64,000 nucleotides of DNA, taken from NCBI GenBank assembly GCA_964291625.2, contig OZ220089.1, forward strand, positions 4,544,001-4,608,000, given 5' to 3'. The notes beneath the pieces were generated by a model. The model was not told the DNA's origin, did not search any database, and saw only the letters and a list, made by a program, of their open reading frames with translations. Shown here one piece after another: positions 58,329-64,000 of the stretch. The stretch's first letter is position 1; the number at the start of each line of letters is the position of its first letter. This DNA is from Candidatus Latescibacterota bacterium. GTDB taxonomy: Bacteria; Latescibacterota; UBA2968; UBA8231. The position numbers and the translations under genes are program-made.

Positions 58329-59111
58329 GTGTATCCCTACTGGCTCGAGATCGGCGGCCTCCGCCTCCCCACCTTCGGCCCCATGGTGGTCCTGGGTTTC
58401 CTGTCCGCCCACCTCGTCATCAAGAACGAGCTGAGGCGCCGCGGCATCGATCCCGAGCTATCCACGAACCTGATCACCGCCGCCATCCTGGGCGGCCTGG
58501 CGGGGGCGAAGCTCTACTTCATCCTCTTCGAGATGCCCGACGGGTCGACCTGGGGCGAAACGCTGCGCACCACGTTCTCGGGCAGCGGCCTCACCTGGCA
58601 CGGGGGCTTTCTCGTGGCCACCGCCGCGGTGATCTGGACGATCCGCCGGCACGCCGCGCCGCTGCCCGCCGCGGCCGACGCCATCGGCATGGGTCTGGCC
58701 CTCGGTTACGGCATCGGCCGCATCGGCTGTCAGCTGGCGGGGGACGGGGACTACGGCGTCCCCACCGACCTGCCCTGGGGCATGGCCTATCCCGAAGGCG
58801 TGGTGCCCACCACCGAGATCGTCCACCCGGCGCCGGTCTACGAGACCCTTCTGGGTGTGGCCACATTCGGCCTGCTCTGGCGCCTGCGCAGGTCTCTTGA
58901 GGGGCGGCCGGGACTGCTGTTCTGCGTCTATCTCGTGCTCGCCGGGGCCGCCCGTTTCGGGGTGGAGACGATCCGCCTCAACCCGGAGGTCATGTGGGGC
59001 CTGACGGGGGCCCAGCTGTTCTCCATCGTCCTCGTGGCGGTGGGGATCGGAATCGGGGCCCGCCTGCTGAGGCGACAGCCATCGGCGGCAGACCTGGCGA
59101 AGGGCTCCTGA
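58329..59111 (+). CDS. lgt: Prolipoprotein diacylglyceryl transferase
   Basis: GAKLY, GLTWHGG, GRIGC, LPWGM.YP, HPAPVYE and RFGVETIR. Starts 4 nt after the upstream stop. Confidence 0.88.
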   Translation: MYPYWLEIGGLRLPTFGPMVVLGFLSAHLVIKNELRRRGIDPELSTNLITAAILGGLAGAKLYFILFEMPDGSTWGETLRTTFSGSGLTWHGGFLVATAAVIWTIRRHAAPLPAAADAIGMGLALGYGIGRIGCQLAGDGDYGVPTDLPWGMAYPEGVVPTTEIVHPAPVYETLLGVATFGLLWRLRRSLEGRPGLLFCVYLVLAGAARFGVETIRLNPEVMWGLTGAQLFSIVLVAVGIGIGARLLRRQPSAADLAKGS

Positions 59112-59116
59112 GAGCC

Positions 59117-60604
59117 TTGGCCGAGCGGCTCCGGCACAAGAGGGTCTCCTCCTTCAAGAGCGCCGCCGATCTGCGCGACCACTGCGCGGCCCTCGGCGTG
59201 CGCATCCCCTGCGACGACGAGGTCCTGGCCGCGCCGGCGTCGCCCCTGGCGCAGCCGATCGACGCCGGGGGCGGCCTGCGCATCGGCAACCGCTTCGCCA
59301 TCCATCCCATGGAGGGCTGGGACGGGACCGGCGACGGCCGGCCCACGGATCTGGTGCGGCAGCGCTGGCGCAACTTCGGGACCTCGGGGGCGAAGCTGAT
59401 CTGGGGAGGCGAGGCCTTCGCCGTCTGCCCCGAGGGGCGGGCGAACCCGAACCAGTTGATCTGCTCGCCGGAGACGGCCGGCGGCATCGCCGAGCTGCAT
59501 GGGCTGCTCCGCAGCGCTCACCGGGAGCGGTTCGGCTCCGACGAGGGCCTGGTGTCGGGCCTGCAGCTGACCCACTCCGGGCGGTTCTGCCGACCCTTCC
59601 GCAAGGACCGCCCGGAGCCGGTCATCGCCTACCGCCACCCGATCCTGGACCGCCGGTTCGGGATCGGCCCCGGCCACGAGCCGATCACGGACGAGGAACT
59701 GCACCGCCTGATCGGGCTCTATGTCGGCGGAGCCCGCGTCGCCCGCGAGGCCGGGTTCGACTTCGTCGACGTCAAGCACTGCCACGGGTACCTGGGCCAC
59801 GAGCTGCTGTCGGGCTTCACCCGGCCCGGGGAGTTCGGCGGCTCCTTCGAGAACCGCACCCGCTTCCTGCGCGGGATCGTCGAGGGCATCCGCGCCGACC
59901 AGGGGAGCGGGGCGATCGCCATCGGCGTCCGGCTCTCGGCCTTCGACTGGGTGCCCTTCCGGCCCGATCCGGCCGGCGCCGAGGGCGGACGGCCGGGGCC
60001 GGGGATCCCCGAGCCTTTCGCCGATCACCTGCCCTACCGCTACGGATTCGGCACCGACGCCGGCGATCCCGTCGCCTGGGACCTGGGGGAGACCTTCCGG
60101 TTCCTCGACCTGCTACGGGACCTCGACATCCGCCTGGTCAACCTCTCCTGCGGCAGCCCGTACTACAATCCCCACATCCAGCGGCCGGCCCTCTTCCCGC
60201 CGTCCGACGGGTATCAGCCGCCCGAGGACCCCCTCGTGGGCGTGGCCCGCCAGCTGGCCATGGTCGGCGAGGTGAAGGCGCGCCGCCCCGACATGGTGAT
60301 CGTCGGCTCGGGCTACTCCTATCTGCAGGAGTACCTGCCGCACGCCGCCCAGGCCCTGGTGCGCGCCGGCGAGGTCGACCTGGCCGGCCTCGGGCGCATG
60401 GTGCTGGCCTACCCGGAGCTGCCGGCGGACGTTCTCCAGGGGCGGCCCCTGGCGCGCAAGCGGATCTGCCGCACCTTCTCGGACTGCACCACGGCGCCGC
60501 GCAACGGCATGATCTCCGGGTGCTTCCCCCTCGACCCCCACTACAAGGCCCTTCCCGAAGCGGCCGAGCTGAAGCGGATCAAGGCCTCGGCCGGAGCGGA
60601 CTAG
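59117..60604 (+). CDS. NADH:flavin oxidoreductase (Old Yellow Enzyme family)
   Basis: NRFAIHPMEG, LQLTHSGR, AGFDFVDVKHCHGYL, FGGSFENRTRF, GLGR and C-terminal CRTFSDC. Confidence 0.9.
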   Translation: MAERLRHKRVSSFKSAADLRDHCAALGVRIPCDDEVLAAPASPLAQPIDAGGGLRIGNRFAIHPMEGWDGTGDGRPTDLVRQRWRNFGTSGAKLIWGGEAFAVCPEGRANPNQLICSPETAGGIAELHGLLRSAHRERFGSDEGLVSGLQLTHSGRFCRPFRKDRPEPVIAYRHPILDRRFGIGPGHEPITDEELHRLIGLYVGGARVAREAGFDFVDVKHCHGYLGHELLSGFTRPGEFGGSFENRTRFLRGIVEGIRADQGSGAIAIGVRLSAFDWVPFRPDPAGAEGGRPGPGIPEPFADHLPYRYGFGTDAGDPVAWDLGETFRFLDLLRDLDIRLVNLSCGSPYYNPHIQRPALFPPSDGYQPPEDPLVGVARQLAMVGEVKARRPDMVIVGSGYSYLQEYLPHAAQALVRAGEVDLAGLGRMVLAYPELPADVLQGRPLARKRICRTFSDCTTAPRNGMISGCFPLDPHYKALPEAAELKRIKASAGAD

Positions 60605-60652
60605 GCGGGAGCGGTCCGCGCCGCCTCCCATCGGGCTCAAGGAGAGACTTCC

Positions 60653-61570
60653 ATGCACGAGGGCTGGTACGCGGAAGACACGACCCATGGTCCGGTGAGG
60701 ATCGACACCTTCGACGAGTCGCGGCCCCACGAAGGCAAGGTCCTCGGCATCGTCCAGGCCCACGCCGACGACATGCCCCTCTACTCGGGCGGGCTGGTGG
60801 CCAAGCTGATCGCCGAGGGCTACAAGGCGTTCCTCATCCAGACGACCAACGACGAGAAGTGCGGTCCCGGCACGATCGCCGACGCCATCAAGAGCAACGA
60901 GGTCGACGTCGGCGGCCTGGTGGACAGCCTGGGCATCGAGGACGTCTTCAACCTCGGCTACCGCAACCACCGCCAGGAGGAAAACTCGATGCTGGAGCAG
61001 CGCTGCCGGCTGATCTTCCTCTTCCGCCACCTGCAGGTGGACACGGCCATGAGCTTCCACCCGTGGGCCCGCTGGGAGGAGAACCCCGACCACTACATCA
61101 CGGGGCAACTGGTGGAGTCGGCGTGCTGGATGGCGGCCTCGGCGAAGGACTACCCCGAGCAGGTGCAGGCCGGGATGAAGCCCCGCGGCGTGCAGGACAA
61201 GTACTACTGGGCCATGCGCCCCGGGTCGCCCTACAACCTGGTCACCGACATCGGCCCCTTCCTGGAGCCGAAGATCGAGTCCATGGCGGCCAACAAGTCC
61301 CAGGGGCCGGCCGGTTCCCACGGGCGCCGGCTGAAGGCGCGGCTGGCGGCGGAGGGCAGGAAGCTGACGGCACTGGGCGACGACGACGAGACCGCCGACC
61401 GGGAGTACATCCGGCTCTTCGGGCTGGAGGAAAACCGGCGGATGGCCGCGCCCTACGGCCTGGAGTACGCCGAGTACCACTACTACTTCCCGCCCGGCGG
61501 GACCTTCCCCTGGAGGGACACCCAGGGGCAGGTCGAGACCTACGTGAAGGAGCACGCGGTCGAGCTTTGA
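60653..61570 (+). CDS. PIG-L/LmbE family deacetylase
   Basis: AHADD Zn motif, TND and ENPDH. Confidence 0.85.
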   Translation: MHEGWYAEDTTHGPVRIDTFDESRPHEGKVLGIVQAHADDMPLYSGGLVAKLIAEGYKAFLIQTTNDEKCGPGTIADAIKSNEVDVGGLVDSLGIEDVFNLGYRNHRQEENSMLEQRCRLIFLFRHLQVDTAMSFHPWARWEENPDHYITGQLVESACWMAASAKDYPEQVQAGMKPRGVQDKYYWAMRPGSPYNLVTDIGPFLEPKIESMAANKSQGPAGSHGRRLKARLAAEGRKLTALGDDDETADREYIRLFGLEENRRMAAPYGLEYAEYHYYFPPGGTFPWRDTQGQVETYVKEHAVEL

Positions 61571-61582
61571 GGCAGGTCCCGC

Positions 61583-63244
61583 TCAGCCGGTGACGGCCCC
61601 CGTGGAGGCGCTCGACACGAGCCGCGCGTACTTGGCCATCACCCCCGAGCGATAGCGGGGTTCCGGCGCCGTCCACCGCGCGCGGCGGTGCTCCAGTTCC
61701 TCCGGGTCGAGGGCCACGTCGACGCGGCGGGCCTCGGTGTCGATGGTGATCTCGTCGCCGTCGCCTATCAGCGCGATCGGCCCCCCGGAGGCCGCCTCGG
61801 GAGCGACGTGGCCGATCATGAGGCCGCGGGTGGCGCCCGAGAACCGGCCGTCGGTGAGCAGGGCCACCGTCTCCCCGAGGCCGGCGCCGACGATGGCGCC
61901 GGTGATCTGCAGCATCTCGCGCATGCCCGGGCCGCCGACGGGACCTTCGTAGCGGATCACCACCACGTCGCCGTCCTTGATCTCGCCGCCCGCGATCCTC
62001 GGGAGAACGTCGTCCTCGCGGTCGAAGACGCGCGCCGGGCCGACGTGCTTCGAGCGCTCGTACCCGGCGAGCTTCACCACGCACCCCTCCGGCGCCAGGT
62101 TCCCCCGCAGCACCACGAGGCCGCCGGTGGAGCGGATCGGCCGGTCGGACGGACGGACGACCTCCTGTCCGGGCGTCTCCCGGGCGAGGTCCGCCTCCTC
62201 GCCGATCGTTCGCCCCGTGACGGTCGGGCAGTCCTCGTTCAGGCAGCCGCGCTCCTTCAGCCGGTTCGCCACCAGCGCGACGCCCCCGGCCTCGTGCAGG
62301 TCGGAGGCGACGAAGAGCCCGCCGGGCTTGAGGCTGACCATCAGGGGCGTGCGCCCGGAGATGCGCTGGAAGTCCTCCAGCTCCAGCTCGATGCCGTACT
62401 CGCGGGCGATGGCGAGGAAGTGCAGGACCCCGTTGGTCGAGCCGCCCGTGGTGGCGATGGAGGCGATGGCATTCTCGATGGACGGTCGGGTCACGACCTG
62501 ACGGGGCCGCAGGCCGCGGCGCACGAGGTCGACGGCCATGGCGCCGACCTCCACCGCCGCCCCCTCCTTGGCGGGGTCGGCCGCCGGAATCGACCCGGAG
62601 CCCATGGGCGCCAGCCCGAGGATCTCCGCAGCCGTGGCCATGGTGTTGGCCGTGAACTGGCCGCCGCAGGAGCCGGGGCCCGGGCAGGCGGCGTCCTCGA
62701 CCGCCTTGAGCTCGTCGGCGCTGATGCGGCCCCCGGCCTGGGCCCCGATCGCCTCGTACACGTCCTGGATCGTCAGGTCGACGCCCCGGTGCTTCCCGGG
62801 CATGATGGAGCCGCCGTAGAACACGAGGGCCGGAACGTCGAGACGGCCGAGGGCGAGGATCGCCCCCGGGGTGGTCTTGTCGCATCCGGTCATGGCCACC
62901 AGGCCGTCGAGCATGTGCCCGCGCGCCACCAGCTCGATGGAATCGGCGATCACCTCGCGGCTCACGAGGGAGGTCTTCATGCCCTCGGTGCCCATGGTGA
63001 TGCCGTCGGAGACGACGACGGTGTTGAACTCGAGGGGCGTGCCGCCGGCCTCGCGCACCCCCCGCTTCACGTGCTCCGCCAGGTCCCGCAGGTGGTAGTT
63101 GCAGGGGCCGATCTCGGTCCACGTGTTGGCGATGCCGATCAGCGGCCGGGCGAGGGCCTCGTCGTCGTAGCCGACGGCTTTGTACATGGCCCGCGCTCCG
63201 GCGCGCGAGGGCCCTTCGACCATGGTTCGGCTCGGCCGCATCAT
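61583..63244 (-). CDS. ilvD: Dihydroxy-acid dehydratase
   Basis: GPCN.HL, SDGITMG, SREVIADSIE, CDKTTPG, GSCGGQFTANTM, GGSTN, GNLAPEG, GGPGMREM, TDGRFSG and GHVAPEA. Confidence 0.95.
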   Translation of the reverse strand: MMRPSRTMVEGPSRAGARAMYKAVGYDDEALARPLIGIANTWTEIGPCNYHLRDLAEHVKRGVREAGGTPLEFNTVVVSDGITMGTEGMKTSLVSREVIADSIELVARGHMLDGLVAMTGCDKTTPGAILALGRLDVPALVFYGGSIMPGKHRGVDLTIQDVYEAIGAQAGGRISADELKAVEDAACPGPGSCGGQFTANTMATAAEILGLAPMGSGSIPAADPAKEGAAVEVGAMAVDLVRRGLRPRQVVTRPSIENAIASIATTGGSTNGVLHFLAIAREYGIELELEDFQRISGRTPLMVSLKPGGLFVASDLHEAGGVALVANRLKERGCLNEDCPTVTGRTIGEEADLARETPGQEVVRPSDRPIRSTGGLVVLRGNLAPEGCVVKLAGYERSKHVGPARVFDREDDVLPRIAGGEIKDGDVVVIRYEGPVGGPGMREMLQITGAIVGAGLGETVALLTDGRFSGATRGLMIGHVAPEAASGGPIALIGDGDEITIDTEARRVDVALDPEELEHRRARWTAPEPRYRSGVMAKYARLVSSASTGAVTG

Positions 63245-63444
63245 CCACCTCCCGTCCGTTCCGTCGCCGCGGCCGCGGCATCGTACCGAGGGGTCGCCTG
63301 CATGTGCTCGGAGAGATCGGAAGTCATGGGCAGGGGCAGCTCCGTGGGGGGTGAGGGCATGATAGCCGCAGCCTCGGGAAGGGGTCAACTCCGCGGCCCG
63401 AAGGCGCCTTGCAGGGCCGTGGGGCGTCGTCTACCATCCCCTCC

Positions 63445-63863
63445 ATGCCCCTGCATCCGATCGTCGTCCACTTTCCGATGGCCCTTCTCGCCTTCGGCTT
63501 CTGCCTCGATGCGGCCGGCCTGGTGGCTCGCCGGCCCTGGCACCGGCTCGGCTATGTGCTGCTCCTCGCCGGCACGGCGGGCGCCATGGCCGCGGTGATC
63601 ACCGGCAATCTCGAGGCCGCCGACTTCCGAGCCTCGGTGCACGCAGAGGCGATTCAGCAGCACGAGGACTACGCCACCCTCGCCCTCCTGGTCTACCTGG
63701 CGTCGGCCCTTGGCCGCCTGCCGGGTGTCCTGCGCGCCGGGGATGCCGGCCTGGCGCCGGCCTGGCTGCTGGTGGGAGCGGTCGCCCTGGGGCTCCTCGC
63801 CGCCGCCGGCCTTCAGGGGGAGCGCTGGTCTACGAGCGGGGGATCGGCGTCCGCAGGCCCTAG
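63445..63863 (+). CDS. DUF2231 family membrane protein, frameshift at about 63816-63820
   Basis: [18 protein letters not shown] and HE..A. The conserved G-G-x-LVY-x-x-G-x-G tail appears only if one G is added to the GGGGG run, giving a stop at 63861-63863. Confidence 0.8.
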
Positions 63864-64000
63864 CCTTCGCGTTCCAGCACCCGGCACCGGCCGTTGTCGC
63901 CCACGACGACGGCGTCGACCCGGCCGATGAACAGCCCGTTCTCCACCACCCCGGGGATGGCGTTGACCTGGCGCTCCATGCCGCCGGGGTCGGCGATGCC
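63860..64000 (-). CDS. rpiA: Ribose-5-phosphate isomerase A, 3' end (partial)
   Basis: Manual translation [34 protein letters not shown]...* contains the RpiA C-terminal motif [10 protein letters not shown]. Confidence 0.85.
   Translation of the reverse strand, partial: GIADPGGMERQVNAIPGVVENGLFIGRVDAVVVGDNGRCRVLEREG

Overview
High-GC (about 70% by eye) bacterial chromosomal window. It is densely coding, with about 48 CDS. I found no rRNA, tRNA, CRISPR array, integrase or transposase. The content is mixed. Housekeeping genes are recQ, purA, nadC, an iscS-type desulfurase, folA, lgt, ilvD and the 3' end of rpiA. Catabolic paralogue families include Gfo/Idh/MocA x3, SDRs, PhyH-fold dioxygenases x4, a sulfatase, a lactonase, a TPP enzyme, an OYE and a PIG-L protein. 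There is also a 1998-aa Calx-beta-like repeat autotransporter and an envelope-lipid locus. This profile resembles uncultured marine or sponge-associated lineages such as Latescibacterota (inference only). Four genes carry frameshifts at homopolymer or dinucleotide runs, most likely long-read consensus errors. Four candidates stand out. (1) A lipid locus at 47.6-59.1 kb joins an ElbD-like FAR-adenylation-ACP-acyltransferase protein with degenerate catalytic motifs, a coupled Lgt, a lipid kinase, and an MCE operon containing an extra predicted outer-membrane barrel. (2) Three PhyH-fold enzymes have HxA/HxG instead of HxD, the Fe/2OG halogenase signature. (3) A roughly 720-nt structured non-coding leader with a predicted promoter precedes the giant adhesin. 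(4) A degenerate six-unit tandem repeat lies upstream of recQ.
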